This document shows positions 1 to 13,700 of a stretch of 64,000 nt of DNA, in pieces. The notes below the pieces were generated by a model, which saw only the letters and a program-made list of their open reading frames with translations, was not told where the DNA came from and did no database searches. The DNA is from Raillietiella orientalis (taxonomy: Eukaryota), in contig JAYWIR010000070.1 in assembly GCA_036172245.1 (NCBI GenBank), positions 372,001 to 436,000 of the forward strand, given 5' to 3'. Each line of letters starts with the position of its first letter. Within the stretch, counting starts at the first letter, position 1. The translations under genes were made by a program, and so were the position numbers.

Positions 1-501
1 CTCCCACTGAGAACAACCTACACTTCCTTTTTCCCTCCCGGAACCACCTTTGTGAGATGCGCATCTACTCAGGTGGATGGCCGACAACTCAGCACACGCA
101 TGCTCTTCCTCATCTCTTCTGCAAATCTAGAGACCTTGTGAGAAATTGCCCAGGAAGCGCATACATGAGCCCTCGAGCTCTGCTGGAAGGCCAGAAACCT
201 CCAAGGCGCTCTGTGGATTCCGGCACTCTTCAGCAGACCGAAGGTTCGGAGGAATGAGATGCATCCCAGACTGCATTCCTCCCCTTCGGCATTCTTCTGA
301 GCGCCCGAAAAAAATAGAAGCGGTCAAGGAATTTCTAATGGCGGTCTCAGCTCCTCTGTCATCACGGTCCGTCGTTTGATCCCTTTGTATTCCTCTTTAT
401 TTTGCAGAGCGCGCCGCCTTGTTCGCTGCTGCTGCTTATCCTTTGCTCGTTCCTCTCTGAGTTTCTATCCATAGAGACAGAATCGCCTTTCTGTTCCCCA
501 G

Positions 502-970
502 AGCCGAGAAATCTACAAAGCTCCAGGGAGTGCGTACTTCCAAGAGTTTCTGAAGGACCTCACCAACACGAGCCAAGTGGTCGGCGCCTTCATACTGGAT
601 TCAGTGATTAACGTCAACTCGTCTTCCCACAGCCAAAACCTTCCGGAAGGATTCCAGGAGGTGACAGCGGCTCCGGGATGTAGCAGATACAGCGTTTCCT
701 TCTAGGTTTTCCCTAAAGCCTACGAGCTCATCAGCGGCGCTCACTTCAAGGGAAACTTTCTGGGCATAGTCAAGCGAGTTAACAAAGGGGACGAGGAACT
801 AGCGGAGCTTCTCACAGACTGCTGGACGAGCGACTTCCGCTTGATCCCTCTGCAAATACCGACCACGGTGTTTCATTTGTACGCTGAGGAAGAGTGGCAA
901 CGGCAAGATCACGAGTCCTTCTGGACGAGGGAAGGCGTTTCGATCCCAGCAATCCTGCTGACTGACACAG
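502..970 (+). CDS. Two internal exons (502-660, 706-970) of an M28-family (YfbL-like) metallopeptidase gene; other exons not located
   Basis: Spliced manual translation gives ..GSAYFQEFL..VGAFILDSVINVNSSSHSQNLPEGFQE|VFPKAYELI..FKGNFLGIV..RQDHESFWTREGVSIPAILLTDTG. DHxSFW..PAILLTDT resembles M28 peptidases. There is a 45-nt GT..AG intron at 661-705, an acceptor at 501 and a donor at 971. Confidence 0.7.
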
Positions 971-3900
971 GTACGCTGGGGTTCGCGGTAGACCTCCCCT
1001 CCCCTGCAAAAGGCAACCAGGCATGTACCGGAGGCAGGTGCTGTGCAAAGAAAGCATATGCAACGCCGCAGAAATCATAAACAAAAGGATGCTGATGATG
1101 GTGAGGAGTACCGTGGACTCCCTGTTCTGCGTCCTTCAGAAATCGCAATGCAGTAAGACCAAAAACCCCTTTCCTCTCTGCTTCTCCCTACTTCCACTCT
1201 GCTTACAGCTGTCGACCATGGGTCTTCATCTTCCCAGAAGTTCTCCCTAGCACTCTTGTGTGCATGCCTGATCACCATCTTTTCGAGGTGAGAAGACGCA
1301 CTGCTCTCAGGAACCTGTGGCAGTGCCCCGTTGTCGGAGTTTCCCATCGCTAAGAAACAGAACAGTCCCATACCCTTGAAATGCCGAAAAAGAGCGTGCG
1401 GATACATCCTGAATCCCAAAGAGCCAATGAATGATAATTTTCAATGTCATCCTCTGGGAACTCCTCCATCTCTTTTCCGAGGTTTGCAGGGAGAAGGAAA
1501 ATGAGCGAGGGAAGATGTCTTCCCGGAGCGGCCATCTCTGAAAATAGATGGTAGCCAAGCGCTGAGAGGCGGCACCCAGCCACCGGGACGTAGTCCTTCC
1601 TGCCTTCCGGCATTCCGTCGTCGTCGGGAGGCAGGATGCTCAGTTCGGGAGAATAGGTGGGTCTCGGCAACTGCGCGCAGAACTAGTTCTCCCGGAGCCG
1701 CCTTCGGTGCAGATGTTGGTAACAGCAGCATCCAAACAAGCACTCCATTGAGATCATGAAAGTTCGATGCAGAGGAGGGTTCAACGCTATCAAATCTTCA
1801 GGCATGGTTCGGTCGATCCGAGGTTCACTGAGATGCGACGCATCCACTTTGGGAAAGGTACCACCCTTCCACGAACGGATCTCTTCAGGAAAACTGGAGC
1901 GTCTTCTGTGATGCATGTGAACGCGGAAAACTTCTCTTGAATTCCCTCTGGGAAGAAATTTTTCATCTTATGGTGTGAGCTGCCTGCTTTGATTTTCGCG
2001 CTCACACACGAGAGGCTGAGCTCGGACACAATGCCTCTTCCACTTCATGAAGACAGAGGCATTGATATTTCCGAAAACTCCAGTGCCCCATTTCTGGCTT
2101 GTGATGCAAAAAAACGTTTCTATGGCTCAGATCTGCCTCTCATCGGGGGTCGAAGAGAGGAAAAAAACCCGGTCCTCGGCGATGCCACATGAGCTGCGCC
2201 CATGAGTGAAGGACAAAGGGGGCGTGGCACGTATAAGGTGGGATCATGAGGCTTCACCTGCTTCTGTTAACAAACAGGTATCCTCCGTCTGTTCCCATGG
2301 CGACCGGCGCCACGACGAAAAATTTCCGATAGCGTTGACAAGCGATGAAGTACCGATCGACACCTGCAACGTGACCTTCGTGCGTCCTCACCTCCGATTA
2401 GGAGAACGCTGGGAAAATAGAAAGAGACAGCATGTAAGACTGCGCAGTTGTTTGACCTCGGCATCGTTTTCAAAACCCTGGATCAGCACACACCTATAAT
2501 CCATATTCGTGAAGCCGAGAGAAACCGCAATGGAGCGCTACCCTCCATTACGGTAGTCAGCGAACTGTCCAGCATCTTCCTCCATTCCACCCCTCACGCG
2601 GACTCCCCTTTCAAGGAAGTTCTCTGCATCCTTCTTTTCCATGCCAGTCTCCAAGGTATTCCCAGCTTCCAGCTTCCTTTTTCGCTGCTTCTGGGATCCA
2701 TCATAGAAGCAAAAAGCAGGCCATGGGATGGAAGGGGGGAAGGAAAATGGAGCCGTTCGAACGAGATGATTGAGGGATAGCTGAAGGTTCAGGTTTCGCC
2801 TTTATCTCTTCTCTTTTCCGGACTTCCGTGCCCGTCGGTGAATCCATTGAGGCGCCTGGGTACAGGCATGTCCACTACGCGGGTTTGCCCACCATGAGAT
2901 GACGTGGTGGTTGCTCAGTTTCGTTGATGCATGAAGATTCAAGATCACACCTGCTTCGGACACAGCACCGCGTCGAATTCCAAGTGGCTGCGGTCTCCAA
3001 ACGTGTCACCAGCCGTTCGAATATTCGGGAAGAATCGACGCCGCGAGATGAGGGTGCGTCGTGGATTCGAGTTCCTCTCACAAGATGACGCTGGTTGATC
3101 TATATTCCGGTGCTGCAGTGGTAGCGGTTAAAACCGGATGTCCTCGATGAGTAGCCAGGATTAGGAGTCGACCCTCCGGGATCCATCCAGGGAACAGAAT
3201 CAAGGAGTCCGGTTCCTTTCAAGGTTCCACCCTCGGTTGTGCAAAGGAGCAGATGCCTCCTTCGGGGGGATCCTTTGTCTCGTACCTGGAGCTGATGGAT
3301 TGATGATACCTCTCCAATGTGCAAAGAAGCACACTGTGTCCTTCGGGGTTCCCTTCAGAGAAGGAAAGAAGGAGCGATTCCCATGCGAGTTCACTTCAGA
3401 GAAGAAAAAATGGAGTGAACTTCTTCGGAGGTCCTTCCGGAGAGAAGGAAGAGGTTCCCTTTGGAGACTGCTAGGGCGGTGGATTCCTTTCGGGGATCTC
3501 TCCTCAGGCGTGAGAGGAACGGACTCCGAGCCCTTCCTGGGTTCATAGGATAGTCTCCTCCCGGTATACCTCCAATCTTGAAGGGTTACACGCATCCTCG
3601 GATGGCGCGGAATAGTGTTAAAGAGCTGCGTGAGTCTCCAGTTGCGCGATGGGTCTTGAGATACTCAGCGAACCAAAAAAAGGAAAATCTTAGAAAAAAA
3701 AAAAAGCTGGATGGAAAACAGCGAAGACAGAAAAGAACCCAAATGGACTTCCATCATCTCGCGACTTTCGCACCGAGAATAAGCACCAATATGACTGTCC
3801 CTACCAAGCTCAACACCTTTGCGCTTCTCCAGACATTGAGGCGCGTCCCTTAATTGTGCACCCTCAGCAGCGTTGAAGCACATCCAGGGATCTCACTCCA

Positions 3901-6900
3901 GCTTCCTACCGCTCTCGCTGCTTGCTTGCTCCGTGATCAGACCCTCATATCGTCATCACATATTTCTTGACGTTTCTTGCGCACCAGAAGTTTCAGTTCT
4001 GTGCTCCTTCAAGCATTTTAGCTCTTCTTGATTCTTTTCTTTCTGAGTCCGTCTTTTTTATCGACTCCACTCCGAAAAGGAGAGGAAAGTGGGTGATAGT
4101 TCCAAACTAAACCTGTCCCTAGGATTCTGGAAAGCTGGGTGTGCCCAGTCGTCCCGACTCACTGGAGGAGGTTCCATGGAGTGGCTTGTCCCCGTGTCTG
4201 GAAGCAGTGGGATACTGCAACATGAAAAGGTACAAGATTGGTCTTCCACTTCCCGAAGCATCTTGCAGCTCTGAGATCTTGCTAACTCCTTTGGGTTTTA
4301 CCCCTGGAAAGCTTGCCCTAGCCTCCGACCCTCCGAAAAAAAGAGGTCACTCCTTTGATTCCCTCTACTCCCCTTTCTCTTCCCCCAGTTCGGAAACCTA
4401 GCACTTCTGGCCATGTTCATATTTCTCTAGCAGTCTGCCCTTTGTGCCTTCTAGGAGCTTTCCCCGAAGGGACAGCACCTTCATAATGCCAGAGAACACG
4501 CCAACCGGAAACATTGCGCACCCTTACATAGTCATGCCTTGAGCCGCCATGGCCGCTGCCTGCAGCCCTCCTTCCACGCGTTCGAGCACTGACTTCTCGG
4601 AACAAGGACCTAATCTTTAGCAGTCCATCCCTTGAGAACTGTTTCGACGATGCCTCTATCCCCGATATCAGCCCCACTCCCGTAGTTTCCCCTACACTGA
4701 CTTTCCAAGGACCGTTAGACTTATTAAATTCCCAGCTAAAACAGTCCGAAGGAAACGATGCCCCGCACGCCCATGCCATCAGCTGTATCTTTCGACTTTT
4801 TCCTGAAGCGGTATGAATACAGGCATGCTAGGAAAAAAGAATAACCTATCCTTTAGAAATTCCTGGCCTTGGAACAGGCAAGGATTCTTTCTCACTCCTT
4901 TCTTCCTACAGGCCTCACGGTTTACTCCTTCCCAGCAGTCCATGTGTACGTATGGGCGCACGGATTCTGCCGGCATCTGGGATAAGTCAGATTTATCTCA
5001 TTCTTGCCCTATGCTTCAATGATTTCCGTAGGAGATGACATAGAAACTTGGGCTGCAACGATGCACCAAAAGTACTCACGAGTTGATCTTCTTACAGGGA
5101 AAGAAGGAAGAGAAAGTAACTCGAGTTGCACACAAAATCACGTCTCCGATTCCGTGAGCAACTTTTAGGCAAGGGTCTCCATCGCTGGATGTCGCTAAGA
5201 GCTACAGGAAGTTCTGGGAAGCCATGCGCGTAGCACACCATCGAAAAAGACGTGAATTCTTACGTCTCTTTCACCGGTGCAGTTGCCTCCAAGCATTCGA
5301 ATCAATGAATGCATGTAATCAACTGGAAAGACAGGGGATAGCCACATTTTTTAGAGAAAGTTAGTGGATCTTGCCATGGAAAGTATACTGTGCTCCCATC
5401 AACTGGGAGGCCTTTGGACATGAGTTTTTCGTCGCTGAAGAAGTGGGCATATAAAAGGAAGAATCCAAGATTTCTACATCTATTGCACTTCTACCCCGCC
5501 TTCGCTCGTCCCCCTTACCTCATCGTTCGGCACCTTGTGTCCAGCAAACGGACACATCCATGGAAAGAATCCATTAGCTCCAACCAATTATAACCTTACA
5601 CCAGCAACTAATCAAGTTCTTCCTTTTTTGTCAATAGAATTCCCTGACACCATACTTTATAATCTGCATCCTTTCTCTGAGTCTCCTGGAATTTTCCTTA
5701 TCATCCTTTTTCCTTTCATCGGATTGAAGGTAGTGTCCTTGAGGAGGAAGCTGTGGATTGAATGTCTCTTCTCTTCTCTTCTTCCTCTTGAGAACAACGA
5801 GAGCTCCAACGAGGTTGGGCGTTGTTCCTCTTCTATGTACACCTCCTTTGGTAACATGATCACCAGCTTGAGGCTAGAACACAAGTCCTACTTCGGGTAA
5901 TTTATCATGAGACACAATTTCTAATCTTCTACATCAAGACAATCGATTCGAGTACAGGGGAGCTGTGAAATGTAACTCTGCCACGTCACAGAGTATGGAA
6001 TCACAAGCGGTATTTTTCTCTAAAAAAATACACGATAATTGACTCAGAGGATGCGACCCTATGCATCTCAATGTACCAAGATGCAAGAGAATTGCTATCT
6101 TAGGTTTGGAGCAAGGAACCTCCTGACATATAACAATAGTTTCTAATCAAGAATGCTGATACCTCATCTCGGCTTCCAGTTTGAAGGCTGTTTTCCTTGT
6201 GAAGATGAAAAAAATGCGGTGTTTCGGGCTTCTGTAGCAAGAAGGAACCGTAGTCTGTAGCTAGCAGTACTCCACTTTTTGGACTAAGCCACCGCTGGCT
6301 GATGAGCAAAGGCTGCTTACATGGAAACTTATGAACTTCTATAGTTCCCCTTGGTTGCAGTTAACGCACTTCGATTCATTTATGAGCTTTTCTGACGAGA
6401 TACTTTCAAGATAGAAAAATCAGTTTTCGAAAAGTAAATGCATACAGAAAAAAAATCTGTTCGGCCTCCGGTTGTACTTCACCACGTCAAATTTATCTGT
6501 GAGTGCTTTCTTCCTTCCTATTCGAGGTTCCGTTTTTATCCAATGGACATTAGAGTTTCAGACTTCAGAGGCATTTTCCTAGTTTGTGGATTTTTTAAGC
6601 AGTTATCGTCCTCAGTTAAGTTCCCCTCGTTTCCTAAGAAACAAAGTTAAGGCAATTCTTACCATGCTTCTCTAAAAGCATGCTAAAAGTAAAAGTGACT
6701 TGCAGAAAATGCTTCTTCTATTGAATATAATTTCAGAGCCCTTATCAAGTATCTCAGGATATACGGAATGAAGTTTGCATTGATGACGAAAATGGAGAAG
6801 CAGACAACCTGAACATGCGTTAAATGCTCAAAAGGAATCCCATCAGTGCACCTGGAAGTGCATGTGAGTCTGCGTATTCATTCTATTAATTAGCTGTATT

Positions 6901-7149
6901 TCACAAAAAAAGGCAGTGAAAAAAAAATGTCATCTAAAATAAAAGCAATTGACATCTAAAACCAAAGTTTCCTTCACTCGCCCTTGTTAAAAAAAGCAAA
7001 ACAAAAAAGAAAACAATTCTAGCTATTTAGCAGCTTTTTTTTTTGTTTTCAAAAAAAGCAGTCTTGTGTATTCTTAGGTTCAAATCAAACTAATCTGAAA
7101 GTTTTGCTTAAATCCACGGAACTTAAACAAATCCTGTTATGCTGTTCAT

Positions 7150-8280
7150 GTGGCTTCTCCATACTTGTTACAATGTACCATTGAAGTTATATCCTGACAT
7201 TGGGTTCCATCGTAAGATCCGACAGACAAATTTTTATACAAGTTTGCTAGGAAAATTATCGCGTGCTTAGTTCACATTATTATGTGTTGCAAAAAGTACC
7301 CATATAAATCCTGGAATTTTCCAATAATCAATTCACCTATCATTTTTAGGTTTTTCAATTGCTGCTATTGGAGCTAAAATTCAGTAAGTCAATGAGTCGT
7401 TGACTAGAAAGAAAACTGTTCTGAACAGAACAAGTTTCTTCAGAGGCGTCAACGAGGACTTCGGCATATTTATGAACTTTTCCCATTTCTATCAGAAAAA
7501 AGGTCTTTTTCGGGATCATCATTTCCGGGTTCTCGAACTCAATTTCCACAACAAGTAAACGAAGAAAAAAAATTCTAAACCATTGCTGTCGACTGGAGTG
7601 CGGAAGAACTGAAACAAATAGTTATTGAAGTCCGACAATTTGTCAATCAATGTCACTTATTTCAGTTTAGAATACCTAATTTGATTTCATGTACAATTCC
7701 ACATTTGGGAAAATGAAGAACCATTGGTGCATCCACAAGGAGTAATTGATCTGTAAGAATTCCAATTGAATTGTAAGAGTTGACTTGCAAGGGAGGGTAT
7801 AAGAACTGTATAAGAAATGTGTAATGAGTATAAGAAATGGTATTTAAGTATATAAGAAATGAATTTTTTGATTTAATAATCAATGATGGTGAGCAATACG
7901 ACGAATATGTGCAAGAGATGGCGAATTCTATCAACCACACTTTTCATTACTTCGTTTAACTTGTGAAATAAATTGAATCTTAAAAAAAACTCAAGTAAAA
8001 TGGAAGCATGAACTCTCACGCAGATGAGCAATGCAATTCAAGATCTGAATTTTTCATGAAACAAAGTTGAAATTCCTACAGATACCAAAAGATTTGGAAA
8101 ACAAAAATTCGTTTCCAATTAATTACTAACCTTATTAATTTATGTTTTGCATTAACATGCATCCTGAAAACTCGAAAGGTACTTATAAAGTCCAGAAAAA
8201 TTTTATCTGTCAAAATCGATGCCCAACCTTCCAGCATCAGTTTTCCATTCAACGTATTTCTGCTAACTTGAGTCAAATGG
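7150..8280 (-). CDS. Possible multi-exon gene divergent from SPT2, product unknown
   Basis: Short open segments on the minus strand are bounded by plausible GT/AG sites (e.g. DQLLLVDAPMVLHFPKCGIVHEIKL, VEIEFENPEMMIPKK). No family motif recognised and exon structure unresolved. Confidence 0.25.
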
Positions 8281-8686
8281 ACCGTGCAGTGTTAATACAA
8301 TAGGCTTAATTTGTTCTGTTTTTTATAATTTTTATAATTTTGATGCATTCGTTTGATGTTAGGCTGCACGAATGATTTTTACCTTTTATTTCTTTCCTCT
8401 TTATGGAATTTGAACTAGCAGCTGATCTTTTACACGACTATGCTGTAAATTGAGAACATGGAATTGGCACCTATGTGAATTGAAATTAAATTGTTGAGTG
8501 CTGATGTTCGTCAACAAGTGTGTGTTGCGTTATCAAGTGTAGTGATTTGAGTTAGATCTCGCATGGATATGTGAAGTGTTCTATTTGTTTTAGATTTTCC
8601 TTTACGTACTCTTTTACGACACGAATAATACGAATACATTATGGTCATTTTGCTTAGTCGGATCATAAGAGATTACTTAATCGCAT

Positions 8687-10715
8687 ATGGATTTTCTTGA
8701 AGTTTTACAAACAGCGAAAAAGCAAAATGAACAAGAGGTATACAAAATTGCCTTGATACGCATTTTATTAATATTATTTGTTAATCTTCAGAAATTTTGC
8801 AAAAGGTATAGTACAGCAGTCAGTGCCTCCAAAAAGGAACCAAGGAAAAAAGTGAACTCTGAAGCAATTAAAAGGTTTTTAGAGAAAAAAGAAAATGAGG
8901 AAATCCAGAAAGTAGTAAGCATGATTGAATTGTGTAGTTAATTAAACTTTTAGCGTGATGTTCATTGAATTTATTTTAAAGTGCCACCAATTCAGGGTGA
9001 AAGCTATCATGTGCCTTATTGCACGATTATTTTTCAGAATTTCTGTCATATTGATTCCACAAATCACATAACCTTTGTTGTGTGATTTGTGGAGCCCTGA
9101 AATTCCACATCAAATTCCAAAATTCAAAATCTGTGTCAACTTTTTTTGATGTTTACATGCATTTTTTTTTTTATTACATTATGAAAAAGCAAGTATGTAA
9201 TGGAAATTGAAAGTATTTTATTTGTGAATTAGAATAAGGCAGCTCTAGAGAAGGAGAGACTTTTGCAATGGCGTTCTCAAGACAAAGGTACTCACAAACG
9301 CCTGAGTGCCATGTTGAAGCTGACAAAGTCAGCTAATAAATCTGTTCTGAAAACCGAAGAAGAACAGATTGGAGGTTTGAAATAATGAACAGTCATCGTA
9401 GTAATGCTGGTTTTCTTGGATCAGATAACTTTGCAGTAGATGATGATTATGGATATGTATCCAGAGAATCACAGGCTTTACATCAAAAGCTGATGCATCT
9501 TTTTGAAAGGAGTGCAAGTAACGATAAAAAGAATAGGAAAGAATTGGTGAGTAATTTAACAAAAACCATGACAATTACAGGAAATTTTGCAGGATGCGTA
9601 CATGAAAAAAAGTAAGCGGAAGCAGTTAAATCAGACAGATAACCAAATTCCCAATCAGGAAGATGCAAGTAAAACTATGAAAGAGAAAGTGAAAAGAAAA
9701 TCTACTTTGTGCAAAAATCAGAAATCAGCACCCATAATAAGTTTTCAAGATTTGCTAAAACTTGCTGTTGAAAAACAACATGAGCCTTTGCATTTTGAAA
9801 CTAAGACCCTTCCTAAAGACAAAGAGTGTGAATTCGAGAGGCCGATGACTGCAAAGGAAAAAGAGGAATATCTGAGAGAAAGAGCTCGAAAATCACAAGC
9901 TAATGGTAGATTGCCTACTCCAAGTCCACAGGTGCCTAATGATTCAGTTGATTCTAATAAAAAGAACTTGGACAAACCAGCTGCAGTTGGTAATATCCAA
10001 GCAAAACCTCATAAGGTTCCGGAAACTTCAAATAAACAAATTCGAGTACCAAAAGTTGCTAAGCAGTCCAGCATCAAACCAGAACATTCTGAAAAATGGC
10101 AGAAGGTGACTGTAAAAAATCCATTAAATGAGCATCCTTCATGTGAAGTGAAATCTGCAAAAGAATTTCCCAGTACTGTTCAGTCTGTAAAGAAATCTCA
10201 CAAGCCTTCAATCCCACAAACCAGCTGTGCAAAACCACAAAAGTATTCTACTGATACAGCAAGCAAACCTCCTCCTACACATAACCCTAAACAGCCAACT
10301 AAAGTACATCCTTCATTTAATTTAGCAAAGCAATTTCAGAAAAGAAAAGGTGTGTTGATTAGGAGGAAATTACCTTATTAACAATTGGATTTTATTGTAG
10401 CTCGCTTAGATAGTGATGACGAGGCGTATAGTGATTTGGATGACTTCATTGATGATTCTCCTCAGGACAACCAGCAGGATGTGACAGCTATCATTCGGGA
10501 AATGTTTGGCTACGATCGTAGAAGGTGAGATGTTCACTTTTAAGATTTATGAGACTTGCTGGAGTAGGTATCGGGATGAAGATGACGAGTGCATGGAGTC
10601 TAACTATACAGAGATGATGAAAGAAGAATTCCACAGCACGAGAGCTGGCATCTTAGAGGATTTGGCAGAAATACGGAGGAAAAAGCGACTGAAAATGCAG
10701 CCTTCACTGAGATAG
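8687..10715 (+). CDS. SPT2: SPT2 / SPTY2D1-like histone chaperone, 7 exons: 8687-8737, 8792-8914, 9233-9374, 9425-9546, 9593-10349, 10401-10524, 10568-10715
   Basis: Phase-consistent GT..AG introns. Motifs MDFxExL, LTKSANKSV, DDDYGYVSRESQAL, SFQDLLKLA, ERPMT, DLDDFIDD..IREMFGYDRRRY..MESNYTEMMKEE..GILEDL are typical of metazoan SPT2. AATAAA at 11101. Alternative in-frame splice sites at 8912 and 9580. Confidence 0.92.
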
Positions 10716-13700
10716 AAAGGTGTTTTGAATAGCAGCACTACAGAGGTCATTGCTACTGGAGATAGGAATGTTTTGAATAGTCATCTCACTTGAATATGCT
10801 TCTCTGTGATATTCACCTATATTCATATTCTTGCACTACGGGATTTGTAGTGGAACATGCTTATTTGTGAACCAAAATTTTGCCTTTGCTGGGTGAATAT
10901 TTTAAACATTGGCTAATACATAACAGATTGATTTTGTATTTGGATAAATGTGCAATGAATGCAAAGCCTGTGTACATCTGCATTAAAATGCTAGCAGATA
11001 ATTTTGGTTCTTTCAAATTATGGAAAATTTATTACTTTATACAATTAAGTATAAGAAAAGTTTTGAAAAACATATTGCAGAATATTGGATATTTATAATT
11101 AATAAAAGATTTCAAACCATGATGCACGTGTGCTTTTGTGAAATTTACAAAGTGTTATAAATATTTTCATATCCAGGAATCTGTTGATCAATTTCTATTT
11201 TAAGTTTAATGTATTTTTGGTGTTTGTGTTTCAAGCTCAATGTATTGGAGGTATCTACTTGATTGGACACAGCTGATAAAGTTACAATTATGTAGTGTTG
11301 TACTTTACGTGTTTCAACTTATATTTCTGCCCCCAAATCCTGCATGATGAATGGTACTTTAGAAAGTTACAAGTGAAAACTAAAAAGGGATCGTAAATCC
11401 AATCTCTGTACTGTTGATTATTAATGCATTAAGGAGTGGATGTGTTTTCAGAACAAAGTCCACTGTATTGCCATGAAGTGGGATTTTTGTGGAAGGAGAC
11501 TACAGTCGTGTTTCTCCGGTGGTTACTCTTAGACTTGTGTGAATATGTTTGCTCATAAATGTGCGAGATTATCATTGATTTGTGCTTTAATGAATTTCCA
11601 CGTCTCTTAGCACTTATTGGTTTGTGTGTGCTTCTTTACGGTTTTTGGAAGTCGGTCTCGAGTTCTGTTGAAAGTTCAATCTTCCATCAGCCAGTGGTGT
11701 GTAGCCCGGTGGTCTGGAGCACGTTGCCCATAATGCCTCCTTTCCATCGCAGACGATTCCCCTCGGAAGTACGGGAAGATTGCTTCCTGCAAGCTTCCCG
11801 TATTTCGACATTTGGCTTATAACTCCTGATGGCCAAAAAATAACAATCCACCCCCTGATCAATACCAAAAAAGAAAAAAAACCAGAGCACCGCTGAGCTT
11901 CCAAACAGTTCCTTATAGTGCATCAAGCGTTCTGCAAATGAAACAAAAAACAAAGCGCCGTATAAAAAATTGCACCTCTGAAGGGGAAGTCTTTGTTTGT
12001 CTTGTAATACACGATTTGGTGGAAAACAACTACTAGACTTCTATATAAATGATCTTCTGCGTGTTGCATGTCTTCGCCAAAATATAAGGCATTCGATAAA
12101 CAGAATCTGGACTCCTAACCAAAGAGGGGTCAGTTCTGTGCTTTCGTTTTCAAGGGATATGCGATATATATAGCAATGTCACTGCATTTTTCCTTACTTA
12201 GCTTTCCATTGCCGTATCTGAATCATGCAAAGTAGGGACTTAGTGATGTGCTTTACAAACGATTTCATTTACGCTGAGGTTCGTGCGTAAAAAAAGGAGT
12301 TCGGTCTTCATATTTGCAGCGTAGCCTTTGGCCAAATTTGGCCACGTACGTGTCTCTAGGCAAGAACGGTGAAGTTAACGGTCGGTTCTTCATCCTAGAC
12401 ATTCGTGACAAACTGGATCTCCCCTTGGGAAGGCGCTCTCGTAGCCCGCGTGAGTGAGGCTGTGGGTTGCATCCATCGCAACGGGATTGTGGAGCCATGA
12501 AAAGAAACCTCACCCTTGTTTGCAGGGGCATGGGAACGGGCAAAACCGCCATCGACAGAAGGACTCCCCTTCGCCGAAATTGTTTACGAAGCACCACATG
12601 AAATTTTCCATTGCTTCACGTACTGTCAAACGTAGTAGCTACTACGTAGCTACTACGTCTCCGGATTTTCTTGCAGTCTCTTCCACGCTTGCGCTTGTTT
12701 GGAAAGGTTTGTACTCCTTTCGTACGTAACCTCAATCTGTTCTCATTCGTTTAATTTTAGAATGCAACTGGGGGTTTACGACTTGGCGCTCTTGAGTTGA
12801 AACATTTGCTTGAATACAAGGGGTCATCAAGAGGGATTACCGGTTGGATTCTGAAGCAAAAGTTGCCGCCGAAGAGACTCCATGATATTCCAAAGTGTTG
12901 CCAAGGACTGATCAGATCTGAGTTCAAACAGTAGCATCAGTAGTGCTGCAGGAAAGTATGTGACCACCCAGAGAAAGTGCTTTTTAAAAAAAATATGAAC
13001 CTCTGCACTCTCTGCAGCTTTGCTGGAAGCGCGTCCTGATTTGCAGGGTTTGTCTAATCAACATGCAGCAAAGTTGATGGAAGTAATTGAAAGCCATTGT
13101 AAATGCGTTTTCGGATGTGAAGCGGTTTGTGTCCACTATGAGAAGTTTCAGAAGAAATGTTGGCATCACGAGAAAAGTTAAGAGAACAAAATGGGGTAGC
13201 CTTCTACATGTAGAAAGCTATCCCGGTAATATGATGTGTTGTGTTGTGTCGGTTCAGAGGGTTCCAAATTTGGATTGAAGATCGTGATATGCCTCCATAA
13301 ATGGCTGTGCTATCCCCTGGAAGCAAACTTTTGGAAAAGAAGCATGTGCTGACATCGATAAATTAGTGCACACTGATTGGCTCATGATGCAAAAACAAAA
13401 CTTTTGGTAGCTCCTAGCACGGAATCAGTTTTTAATCTGATGTAGCAGATATCTTCAAGGTTTTTGCAGTTTCTAGGGAAATTTTGAATATTCCGTGCAC
13501 ATGCAAACTTTACTCAAGTAACAAAGCACAAGTCATTGCACATGCCTCTACTTACAGGGAGGCTGAAAGACTTATTTCAGTGTGACATAGGTGTCACAGC
13601 TGCTGAGAGGAGGTTCCCATTCTCCTGCTATTCTCTCCAGCCTTGGACCAGTATCTTCCCATTGAGGAAACAGAGTGTATACGCGCGGGCATCTTCACTG

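Noticed and set aside
1000..6700. Many short ORFs downstream of the peptidase exons
   Set aside because: No recognisable domains; I could not place the remaining peptidase exons with confidence.
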